From the NCBI GenBank assembly GCA_963804165.1, contig CAWDPO010000009.1:1-64000 (forward strand): DNA of 64,000 bases, given 5' to 3'. Each line of letters begins with the position of its first letter. Position 1 is the first letter of the stretch. Below the pieces are notes generated by a model. It ran no database searches, was not told where the DNA came from, and saw only the letters and a list, made by a program, of their open reading frames with translations. Positions 50,416 through 59,286 of the stretch are shown one piece after another. The translations under genes and the position numbers were made by a program. Source of the stretch: an uncultured delta proteobacterium. GTDB taxonomy: Bacteria; Desulfobacterota; Binatia; UBA9968.

Positions 50416-51513
50416 ATGCCGGAAAACAGGAGGCAGTGGGTGCCACGAACAGAGATGGTTATTGACGCCGACGCCCATGTGTTTGAGCCCCATGACATTT
50501 GGTTGCGTTACTTGGATGCGTCGCTGCGTGAAGTTGTGACCAGGACCCCGGGACTCGAGAACGGCAACAGCACGGGCAATGATGGCCCAACGAGTCGTTT
50601 TCCATTGGGTTTCATTCCTGAAACCGGTCGTAAGGATCTTCTTCAACTGGCCGCCGACCCTGAGACTCGCCTCAAAGTTATGGATGACGAAGGCATCGAT
50701 CGCGTCGCTCTCTTCCCGACGCACGCGCTTCGTCTTGGCGGTGTGCGCCAGCCGCAACTTGGGCCAGCGCTCTTTCGCGCTTACAACGATTGGCTGGCCG
50801 AACATTGCGCGCCGAACAAAGAGAGACTGCTCGGAGTTGCGATGATCCCGCTTCAGGAACCAGAACTGGCGGTGAAAGAGGCAGAGCGCGCCGTCGCGGA
50901 ACTGGGTCATCGCGGCCTATTTATCTCGCCGCACCCAGTGGACAACCGCAATCTCGATCATCCAGCCTATGAGCCCCTTTGGAGCCTGGCCGAGAAACTC
51001 AACGTTCCGGCGTTGGTCCATGTCAGTACTGGGATTCGTTTACCGACGGCCGGCGCGGAACGATTCGATCGCTACTCACTTTTCCATTTGCATGCCCATC
51101 CCATGGAACAGATGACCGCGGCGGCCAGCCTGATTCTCGGCGGGGTCCTGGAGCGCCATCCCCGACTACGCGTGGGCTTTATGGAGGCGGGCTGTGGTTG
51201 GGTTCCCTATTGGCTAGAGCGGATGGATGAGCATGCCGAGACTTATCGATTCGAAGTGCCGCATTTAAAAGAGCGACCAAGTGTCTATTTTCGCCGCCAG
51301 TGTTTTGTCTCTTTCGAGCTCGAGGAACGGGCCCTGCCCCATGTTGCTGACACCGTTGGCGCTGAGACATTAGTGTTCGCGTCCGATTTTCCGCATCACG
51401 ATTGTTTCTTTCCGGGAGCGGTGGAAAAGATTCGTAGACGAACGGATCTCGATGCCGAGCTTGTTTCGGCTATGTTAAGCGACAATCCGAACAGATTGTA
51501 TTTCGGCGACTAG
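50416..51513 (+). CDS. Amidohydrolase-2 family metalloenzyme (decarboxylase/hydratase-like)
   Basis: IDADAH, MDDEGID..LFPT, YNDWLAE, VH, EAGCGW, FASDFPH. Confidence 0.9.
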   Translation: MPENRRQWVPRTEMVIDADAHVFEPHDIWLRYLDASLREVVTRTPGLENGNSTGNDGPTSRFPLGFIPETGRKDLLQLAADPETRLKVMDDEGIDRVALFPTHALRLGGVRQPQLGPALFRAYNDWLAEHCAPNKERLLGVAMIPLQEPELAVKEAERAVAELGHRGLFISPHPVDNRNLDHPAYEPLWSLAEKLNVPALVHVSTGIRLPTAGAERFDRYSLFHLHAHPMEQMTAAASLILGGVLERHPRLRVGFMEAGCGWVPYWLERMDEHAETYRFEVPHLKERPSVYFRRQCFVSFELEERALPHVADTVGAETLVFASDFPHHDCFFPGAVEKIRRRTDLDAELVSAMLSDNPNRLYFGD

Positions 51514-51520
51514 GCCAAGG

Positions 51521-52495
51521 ATGAGTATCAAACTATTACGGCTTGCCGGCGGGTTGATCGCCGCTCTCATATTCTTTCCTTCGGTCAGGTGTTCGGCGCA
51601 ATCCAACCCGCGGGCAATTATTCATATCCCGACGAAGAGCCTGACCTCCATGCCGCTTTTTTTTGGCAAAGACAAATGGTTTTTTGCGCGTGAGAACGTC
51701 GATGTGGATCTGGTCCTGATGTCACCGCCCACGGCGATCGCGGCACTCGTTGCCGGAGAGCTGGATTTCTCTACCACAGTCGGCGCCGGAATTTCCGCGA
51801 CGATGCGGGGGCTGCCGATCAAGCGCATCCTGTACATTCAACAGTTCGTGACTTTTGCCCTTATGGCCGCGCCGGAAATTAAAAATGTTCGCGACCTCGT
51901 CGGCAAATCGGTAGGTGCCGTGGCGCTGACCGACGCGACAGCTATTGCGGCGCGGGAGATTATCAAAGGAAACGGCGTCGATCCTTCGGCGGTCAATTTT
52001 TTCTATACTCAAAGCACGGAAAGCTCTCGCACAGCCTTGATGTCCAAAAAACTCGCCGCGGCCATGCTGCCTCCACCTTTCGCCGAGGAGACTCAAGTGA
52101 GAGGTTTTATCCGATTGGCCGATGCAAAGGACTACGCGCCGCTGAGCGGCATCGGGTTATTGGCCTCTTCAGATACGCTCAAAAAGAACTCGATCAAGGC
52201 GCTCTCGGTGATCCGTGCCGTACTGCGGACCATGCTCTATATGCGCGATCCAAAAAATCATAGCGAGCTGGTGGATTACATTCTAAAGATTCACAAAATC
52301 GACTCCAGCGTCGCCGCCGAAGCTCTAGCGACGGTAATGGCGGTGTACAGCAAGGATGGCACCAAGCCTCGAGAGGCCGTGCAGAAAGAGATCGATATCT
52401 ACCGCGAGGCGCTGAAGGTTACCAAACCCTTTACACCCGAAGAATTAGAAGATATGAGCCACCAAAAGCCCGCTTATGAATTTCTGAATCGCTAG
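51521..52495 (+). CDS. ABC substrate-binding protein, NMT1/SsuA-like
   Basis: Signal peptide, FFARENVDV, AALVAGELDF, DLVGK, PPPF. Confidence 0.88.
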   Translation: MSIKLLRLAGGLIAALIFFPSVRCSAQSNPRAIIHIPTKSLTSMPLFFGKDKWFFARENVDVDLVLMSPPTAIAALVAGELDFSTTVGAGISATMRGLPIKRILYIQQFVTFALMAAPEIKNVRDLVGKSVGAVALTDATAIAAREIIKGNGVDPSAVNFFYTQSTESSRTALMSKKLAAAMLPPPFAEETQVRGFIRLADAKDYAPLSGIGLLASSDTLKKNSIKALSVIRAVLRTMLYMRDPKNHSELVDYILKIHKIDSSVAAEALATVMAVYSKDGTKPREAVQKEIDIYREALKVTKPFTPEELEDMSHQKPAYEFLNR

Positions 52496-52593
52496 CCGTG
52501 CGCAGCGGTGAAGGGATTTGGCTGTTCCGTGATAGGTCGAGACAGTAACCCGGGTGAATTTTTGCTTCAGAAGAAGCGAAGGGAGACACTGAA

Positions 52594-54108
52594 ATGGCAC
52601 GACAGCCGGCATTGACAGAGGTAGCGGCCCAGAGTGAAGCGCGGACTGATAAGGCCTTAGCGGCGCCCAAAGATTTGCGCAGCTATCTGAAAAAACTGAT
52701 CGAGCACGATCCGAAACAACTGATGGTCGTCGAAAAAGAGATCGACCCGGTGTTCGAGGCGACGGCGATCGTCGACCAGATGCGCACCGACGGCCGCTAC
52801 CCCAACTATCCCGCAGTGTTGTTTCGCAAGATCAAAGGATCATCGATTCCACTGCTTATCAATCTCCAGGGAACGTACGAGCGGCTCGCGCTGGCCATCG
52901 ATTCGAACCTTCAGGGCATGGTGGAGGAGTTCGGCCGGCGGGAAAATTCGCCGGTGCCAATGAAGCGAATCGATCGATCCCACGCCCCGGTCAAAGAGAT
53001 CGTCTGGAAAGGGACCGAGGCCGACGTGACGAAGTTGCCGATCCTGCGCCATCAGGAGCTCGACTCCGGCAAATACATCACCTCGGCGGTTTTCATTCTG
53101 CGCGATCCGAAAACCGGCGTGCAAAATGCCGGCATCTATCGCTCGATGCTTCATGGTCCACACGAAGTCGGCTTCATGACCGGCGCGTTTCAGGGCGGCA
53201 ATTATATTCTCGTTGAGCACCGTGAACGCAAGCAGCCGATGCAGGTGGCGATGGCGATCGGGCATCATCCGTGCCTGCTGCTCGCGGGGACGACGAATCC
53301 TCCCGGCATGGGCGGTGAATTGGAAGTCGCCGGCGGGCTCCTGCAGCAGCCGCTGGAGGTTGTGCCGGGCGAGACCGTTGATCTCGACGTGCCCGCGCAC
53401 GCGGAAATCGTGATCGAAGGCGTGCTCGATCCAAGCCCGGAAAACATGCGTGAGGAAGGACCGTTCGGGGAATATCCGCGCTACTACACCGGCGTCGGTC
53501 CCTATCCGGTCATCAAAGTGACCGCAATCACCATGCGGCGCGATCCGATCTATGTCGATGTGTTCAACGCCAGTAGCGAACATTCGGCGATCGGTGGATT
53601 GGCGCGCATGGGTTTCTTGCTCAATCGCGCCCGTGACGTATGCCCTAATGTGAAAAATCTTTACCTGCCGATTTCCGGCGTCGCGCGTAATCATGCTTAC
53701 ATCTCGATGAAAAAAGTCGCTGACGGCGAGCCGCATCTTGCGGCCTTCAACGTCATGGCCTACAGCCCCGCGACCAAGCATGTATTTATCGTCGACGATG
53801 ACATCGACGTCACCAATGAAGCCGATGTGCTCTGGGCCCTGGCCACTCGATTCCAGGCCGACAAAGATCTCGTCGTGATCAATAATTCCATTGGCAGCCG
53901 ATTGAATCCGCCCACCTACGGCTACCGCCGCGATGAGAAGGGCACGCTTGAAACCAAGCTGATTTTTGATTGCACCAGACCACTGTCGGCAGGCAAATTC
54001 CCCGATGCGACCCGCGTGCCGCCGGACGTCAAAGCGCGCATGAACCCCGGCGATTACGTGCGGCCGTTATCTGAAGGAGACTTGGCCTACATCCGAGGAG
54101 GAAAATAG
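52594..54108 (+). CDS. UbiD family (de)carboxylase #5
   Basis: DLRSYL, DSGKYIT, NAGIYR, EEGPFGEYPRYY, IVDDDIDV. Confidence 0.93.
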   Translation: MARQPALTEVAAQSEARTDKALAAPKDLRSYLKKLIEHDPKQLMVVEKEIDPVFEATAIVDQMRTDGRYPNYPAVLFRKIKGSSIPLLINLQGTYERLALAIDSNLQGMVEEFGRRENSPVPMKRIDRSHAPVKEIVWKGTEADVTKLPILRHQELDSGKYITSAVFILRDPKTGVQNAGIYRSMLHGPHEVGFMTGAFQGGNYILVEHRERKQPMQVAMAIGHHPCLLLAGTTNPPGMGGELEVAGGLLQQPLEVVPGETVDLDVPAHAEIVIEGVLDPSPENMREEGPFGEYPRYYTGVGPYPVIKVTAITMRRDPIYVDVFNASSEHSAIGGLARMGFLLNRARDVCPNVKNLYLPISGVARNHAYISMKKVADGEPHLAAFNVMAYSPATKHVFIVDDDIDVTNEADVLWALATRFQADKDLVVINNSIGSRLNPPTYGYRRDEKGTLETKLIFDCTRPLSAGKFPDATRVPPDVKARMNPGDYVRPLSEGDLAYIRGGK

Positions 54109-55581
54109 ATGGCAAAGCCAGTGCCAGCCCAAGCCGCCGCTGATACCAGGTGGCGCGACTTGCGCGAATGGCTCGCGCGGGTGGATTCGCTCGGGGAAAT
54201 GAAACGAGTCACGGGCGCCAACTCCGAAGAAGATATCGGCGCCATCACCGAAATGCTCGATCATACCGAGGGAAGTCCATGTGTGCTCTTCGATGAGATT
54301 CCGAATTTCAAGCCGGGCTACCGAGTTCTGGTCAACAGCATGGGGTCGATCAAACGGCAAGCCGTTACTTTGGGACTCGATCCCGCCGAAGCCTCTCATG
54401 AACAGCTATTACAATTCTGGCGAGAGCGGTTGAAAGGCTTTGCGCCGATTCCGCCGGTGGTCGTCAAACGCGGAGCGGTTCAGGAAAATATACTCCGCGA
54501 TGGCGATGTAGACTTGAGTCAATTCCCTGCGCCGATCTGGCACCCAGGTGACGGCGGTCGCTTCATCGGTACGGCAAGCTTCAACATCATGCGCGATCCC
54601 GACACAGGCAGCATCAATGTCGGCACTTATCGCAATCAAGTATTCGACAAGAACGGTATCGGCATCCGCGCCGCGCCGCCGCACCACGGCGGCATCATCA
54701 AGGAAAAATATATGCAGCGCGGACAGCCCTGCCCGCTGGTCACCGTCGTCGGCTCCGATCCTCTGCTGTTTTTGGCTGCGTGCGTCGAAGGTCCGATCTA
54801 TGGCCAGAGTGAGCTGGACTGGGCGGGTGGCGTGCGCGGCGACGCCATTAAAGTCATCCAGGGCGAGATCACCGGACTGCCGATTCCGGCGCAAGCCGAG
54901 ATTGCTCTCGAGGGTTTCATTACGACGGACCAATTTACCAAAGAAGGGCCGTACGGTGAATGGATGGGCTACTATCAGGACGGCTATCAAAAAGAACGGA
55001 TTGTGCGCATTCATCGGATCTACCATCGTGACGATCCGATCATTCTAGGTTGTCCGCAGGGTAAGCCGCCGCACGAAGACAATCGTTTTCTGGTCTATCT
55101 GCGTTCCGGCATGATCTGGGACCAATTAGAAAAGGCCGGCGTACCCGGGGTGTGCGGCGTCTGGTGTCCACCCGAGGGCGGCAATCGCTTGATGACCGTC
55201 GTAGCGCTGGAGACTCAATATCTCGGCCATGCGAAACAAGCGGGACTGATCGCGTCGCAGTGCGGCGGGGGCATCGATATGAACCGGCTCACGGTGGTGG
55301 TCGATGATCACGTCGATGTGACCAGTATTCAAGACGTGGTCTGGGCGATTGTCGCTCGCTGTGATCCCGAACGCGGTGTCGAGATCATCAAGGACACGAA
55401 AGGCAGCCGGATTGATATGGCCATCGCGCCTGACCGGCGCGAGCTCAATGCCAACTCGCGCATGATCATCGATGCGACCACACCGTTCACGTGGAAGCAC
55501 CATCCGCTCGCCGGCGATATCATCAGCACTCCCGAGCGGACGCGAAAAATTCATGAACGGTGGGGTTGGATACTGGAGTAA
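54109..55581 (+). CDS. UbiD family (de)carboxylase #6
   Basis: DLREWL, DGGRFIGT, NVGTYR, EGPYGEWMGYY, VVVDDHVD. Confidence 0.93.
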   Translation: MAKPVPAQAAADTRWRDLREWLARVDSLGEMKRVTGANSEEDIGAITEMLDHTEGSPCVLFDEIPNFKPGYRVLVNSMGSIKRQAVTLGLDPAEASHEQLLQFWRERLKGFAPIPPVVVKRGAVQENILRDGDVDLSQFPAPIWHPGDGGRFIGTASFNIMRDPDTGSINVGTYRNQVFDKNGIGIRAAPPHHGGIIKEKYMQRGQPCPLVTVVGSDPLLFLAACVEGPIYGQSELDWAGGVRGDAIKVIQGEITGLPIPAQAEIALEGFITTDQFTKEGPYGEWMGYYQDGYQKERIVRIHRIYHRDDPIILGCPQGKPPHEDNRFLVYLRSGMIWDQLEKAGVPGVCGVWCPPEGGNRLMTVVALETQYLGHAKQAGLIASQCGGGIDMNRLTVVVDDHVDVTSIQDVVWAIVARCDPERGVEIIKDTKGSRIDMAIAPDRRELNANSRMIIDATTPFTWKHHPLAGDIISTPERTRKIHERWGWILE

Positions 55582-55898
55582 GCAGAGACCAGTCAACGGT
55601 GCGAGATTTAGACCCTCTCCCTTGAGACTGTGTCGCAATAGCAAAACTCGTATAAATGTCATTCTGAGCGCCAGCGAAGAATCTCGCATTTTCCTGTCGC
55701 TTACGAAGACGAGATCCTTCGGCTATTGCCTCAGGATGACATTGCGACACAGTCTCCTTTGGGAGAGGGTACGGGTGAGGGCAACTTCGGAACACGGAAT
55801 TCATCCTCACCTCAGTCCTCTCCCAGAGGGAAGGATGTAATTCAGCTACAAACCGGTTGCGTCGTCTTGAGCGCAGAATAGATCTACGAGGAAAACAC

Positions 55899-58205
55899 AT
55901 GGCGGTTGGGCAATCGATCAGCATGGTGGATTCACAGCTGCGGGTGAGCGGCAGCATCGACTACACTTTGAATTTCGAATTGCCGCGGATGCTCCATGCC
56001 TGCATGCTCCGTAGTCCCCACGCGCACGCGCGCGTTGTCAAAGTCGATGCCTCGCGGGCGGCAAAATTGCCAGGCGTAACCGCTGTGCTGACGCGCGATG
56101 ATCTGATCGGCGACCATATCGATCCCTATTTCGGTCTCATTCTTCAAGACCAGACGCCGGTGGCATTGGATCGAGTCCGCTTTGTCGGCGAGCCGGTGGC
56201 GGCCGTGGCCGCGGTAGACGCCGACACGGCGGCCGAGGCGCTGGAACTTATCGACGTCGAATACGAGGAGTTGCCGGCGGTGTTCGACGCCGAAGAAGCG
56301 CTAAAGCCCGGAGCGCCATTACTCTACCCTGGGCCGCGTCGGATAATTCCCGGGCGCCCCGATGTCACTGCGCGTTCTCTGGAAGGGTCCAATATCGTCC
56401 ACCTCTTCAAGCAGCGTAAAGGCGATCTCGACCGAGGCTTTCGCGAATCCGATCAGGTTTTCGAGAACACGTTTGCTTCGCCCGCGGTCAATCACGTCGC
56501 GCTCGAACCCCACGTCGTCGTGGCCCAGGTAACCGATGGGCGAATCACGGTGTGGACATGCAATCAGAATCCACATGTCATCCAACGCCAATTGGCGGGC
56601 ATTTTCAAAGTTTCCATCGCCGACGTGCGCGTGATCGTGTTTACTCTCGGCGGCGGCTTCGGCGGCAAGCTCAATTCCAAACTGGAACCGGCCGCGGTGA
56701 TCTTGGCGAAGAAAACCGGGCGGCCGGTGCGGATCGTGGCCCGACGCGCCGAGTGCTTTTTGCTCGGCGTCCAGCATGAGTGCAAGATCAAGCTTAAAAC
56801 CGGAGTCAAACGGGACGGCACTTTGATGGCGATGGAAGCGCTCTGCTATTACAACTCCGGCGCTTACGGCGACACTTCGCCCAATTTGATTACCCGCGGC
56901 TACGCCGCGACCGGGCCCTACCGCGTGCCTCATCTCTACATGGATTCGTACGGTGTCTATACCAACACCGCGCCGTCGGCGGCGTTTCGCGGTTACGGCA
57001 TTACGCAGGTGGCGTGGGCCCATGAGACACAGATGGATATCATCGCCGATGCGTTGGCTCTCGATCCGGTTGAGTTGAGGCTTAAGAACGTTTTACAAAA
57101 GGGCGACTCTTTTACCACCGGTGAGCCGATGCCGGAAATGCATTATGACGAACTGATCGCCTCGGCTGTTGAAAAAATCGGCTGGAACAAGGGTCCGCTG
57201 GTGGTGCGCCAAGATAATAAGATTCGCGCCAAAGGCATCGGCGTCATCGTCAAAGGCATGGCCACGCCGACCACGTCGACGTCGACCGTCAAGCTGAACG
57301 CCGACGGCAGCCTCAATGTTCTCACCAGCTCCGTCGAGATGGGTCAGGGTTTAAAAACCGCCCTGGCACAGATCGCCGCCAGCGAAATTAGCTTACCGGT
57401 GCAAAGGGTGCGCATTTCCGAACCCGACACGGCCTTCACTCCCTTCGATCTAATGACTGCGGCAAGCCGGGCGACGTTTTGCATGGGCACGGCGATTCGG
57501 GAAGCGATCGAGGACGTCAAGAATCAACTGCGCGACATCGCGGCCGCTCATCTCGAAGCGAACAAGGAAGATCTGGTGTTGCAAGACGGCAAGATCATGG
57601 TCCGCGGCGTTGCCGGCAAATCGCTCTCCTACGTTGATGCGATTCGCATGAGCAAGGCGAACAATCTTTTGGGACACGGCGTTTTTGTTTCCGGATCGGG
57701 CCCTGACGGCAGCCCGGTGGTAATGGACTTTGAGACCGGTCAGGGTTACGGCTCGGCGGAATGGCATCCCGCAGTGGTCGTCTGTGAGGTGGAAGTCGAT
57801 ACGCAAACCGGACAAGTCACCGTGCCGCGCATCCATGCTGAACTTTACGCCGGCAAAATAATCAATCCGCGCCTTTGCGAGTTGCAGATCGAGGGGGCGA
57901 CCACCTTCGGCCTCGGACAAGTGCTCTTCGAGGAAGTCATTCAGGACACCAATGGGAGCATCACCAATCCGAACCTTTCGGACTATATGATCCCCTCTTT
58001 TCAAGATGTGCCGGCTCAGCTGACCGTTCATATGCTCGAGCCGCACGGCGTAACCGATGTTCATGGCGTAGGCGAAACCGCCATACCTCCGGCGCGGCCC
58101 GCGATCGGTAACGCGATTAGCCGGGCGGTTGGCTTTCATTTTCTCGACTTGCCGATCACGCCTGAGAAGATACTGCGCGCTCTCGAAAAGCAAAGGAGCG
58201 GCTAA
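55899..58205 (+). CDS. Xanthine dehydrogenase family molybdopterin-binding subunit #1
   Basis: LRSPHAHA, LGGGFGGK, AFRGYG, EMGQG, QIEG, GVGE. Confidence 0.95.
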   Translation: MAVGQSISMVDSQLRVSGSIDYTLNFELPRMLHACMLRSPHAHARVVKVDASRAAKLPGVTAVLTRDDLIGDHIDPYFGLILQDQTPVALDRVRFVGEPVAAVAAVDADTAAEALELIDVEYEELPAVFDAEEALKPGAPLLYPGPRRIIPGRPDVTARSLEGSNIVHLFKQRKGDLDRGFRESDQVFENTFASPAVNHVALEPHVVVAQVTDGRITVWTCNQNPHVIQRQLAGIFKVSIADVRVIVFTLGGGFGGKLNSKLEPAAVILAKKTGRPVRIVARRAECFLLGVQHECKIKLKTGVKRDGTLMAMEALCYYNSGAYGDTSPNLITRGYAATGPYRVPHLYMDSYGVYTNTAPSAAFRGYGITQVAWAHETQMDIIADALALDPVELRLKNVLQKGDSFTTGEPMPEMHYDELIASAVEKIGWNKGPLVVRQDNKIRAKGIGVIVKGMATPTTSTSTVKLNADGSLNVLTSSVEMGQGLKTALAQIAASEISLPVQRVRISEPDTAFTPFDLMTAASRATFCMGTAIREAIEDVKNQLRDIAAAHLEANKEDLVLQDGKIMVRGVAGKSLSYVDAIRMSKANNLLGHGVFVSGSGPDGSPVVMDFETGQGYGSAEWHPAVVVCEVEVDTQTGQVTVPRIHAELYAGKIINPRLCELQIEGATTFGLGQVLFEEVIQDTNGSITNPNLSDYMIPSFQDVPAQLTVHMLEPHGVTDVHGVGETAIPPARPAIGNAISRAVGFHFLDLPITPEKILRALEKQRSG

Positions 58206-58242
58206 GGACACACAGCGGAATCAACCGCAAAGAACGCGAATT

Positions 58243-58269
58243 GTAGGGGCGCAGCATGCTGCGCCCTGC
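58243..58269. repeat. GTAG-type REP
   Basis: GTAGGGGCGCAGCATGCTGCGCCC palindrome. Confidence 0.6.
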
Positions 58270-58298
58270 CGAGATCGCGAGAGGATCGGCCGACTATC

Positions 58299-59162
58299 AT
58301 GCCAAACTTAAAACTCTTGCAGCCAACTTCGCTCAACGAAGCCGTGTCACTGCTGGGCGAACGGAGCGACGAGACCAAGATCGTCTCAGGCGGCACGGCG
58401 CTGGTGATCATGCTGCGAAACCGGCTGATTGCGCCGGCGACGCTGCTCAGCTTAGGCCGGTTGCAAGAGCTGCGCAGTATCCGTCATGAGGCCGGCACCG
58501 GTCTCAGAATCGGCGCGTTGGTGACTATCCGTGAAGCTGAGATTTCTCCCATTGTCCGCGAGAAACATCCCACTCTGGCTCACACATTCGGCAAAGTGGG
58601 CAACATCCGCATCCGCAATGCTGCCACGGTCGGCGGTAATTTAAGCGAGGCCGATTACGCCTCGGATCCTCCCTGCGTGCTGGTTGCGCTGCGCGCGAGA
58701 GTCAAGGCGCGAAGCGTTAAGGGAGAGCGAGAAATTCCGTTGACGGATTTTTTTAAAGGTTTCTATGAAACGGCTCTGGCGCCGGATGAAATTCTCACCG
58801 AACTGATTGTTCCCGATCAAGCGCCCGGCAGCCATGCGACGTATCTGAAGTACGTTTCGCGATCGTCCGAGGATCGTCCCTGTGTCGGTATGGCGGTGGT
58901 CCTAGAAAACGAATCGGACGGAAGTTGCAAAGATCTCCGTTTGGTCGCGGGAGCGGTGTCAGAAACTCCCCAAGAAATTGCATCCGGCGAGACGATGGCG
59001 CGGGGCAAGCACTTGAGCGATTCATTGATCGAAGAGATCGCCGACGCATACTCGACGGGCATCGAGCCGCTTTCGGACTTACGGGGCTCGGCCTGGTATC
59101 GGCAACAGATCATTCGCGTTATGGCGCGACGGGCGATGCAACAGGTATCGGCAGGAAATTAA
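58299..59162 (+). CDS. Xanthine dehydrogenase family FAD-binding subunit (CoxM-like)
   Basis: SGGTAL, LRIGA, IRNAATVGGN, DLRGSAWYR. Confidence 0.95.
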   Translation: MPNLKLLQPTSLNEAVSLLGERSDETKIVSGGTALVIMLRNRLIAPATLLSLGRLQELRSIRHEAGTGLRIGALVTIREAEISPIVREKHPTLAHTFGKVGNIRIRNAATVGGNLSEADYASDPPCVLVALRARVKARSVKGEREIPLTDFFKGFYETALAPDEILTELIVPDQAPGSHATYLKYVSRSSEDRPCVGMAVVLENESDGSCKDLRLVAGAVSETPQEIASGETMARGKHLSDSLIEEIADAYSTGIEPLSDLRGSAWYRQQIIRVMARRAMQQVSAGN

Positions 59163-59286
59163 TGTTTCATCGGATAGAACTTTCCCCCTTTGCAAAAGGG
59201 GGATTTCTCTCGAGAATCTCCCGTGTCTCCTCTTTGCCGAGAGACCTTGCGTTAAGCGAATCTTAGAGTAAAGGAGAAATTTCACT

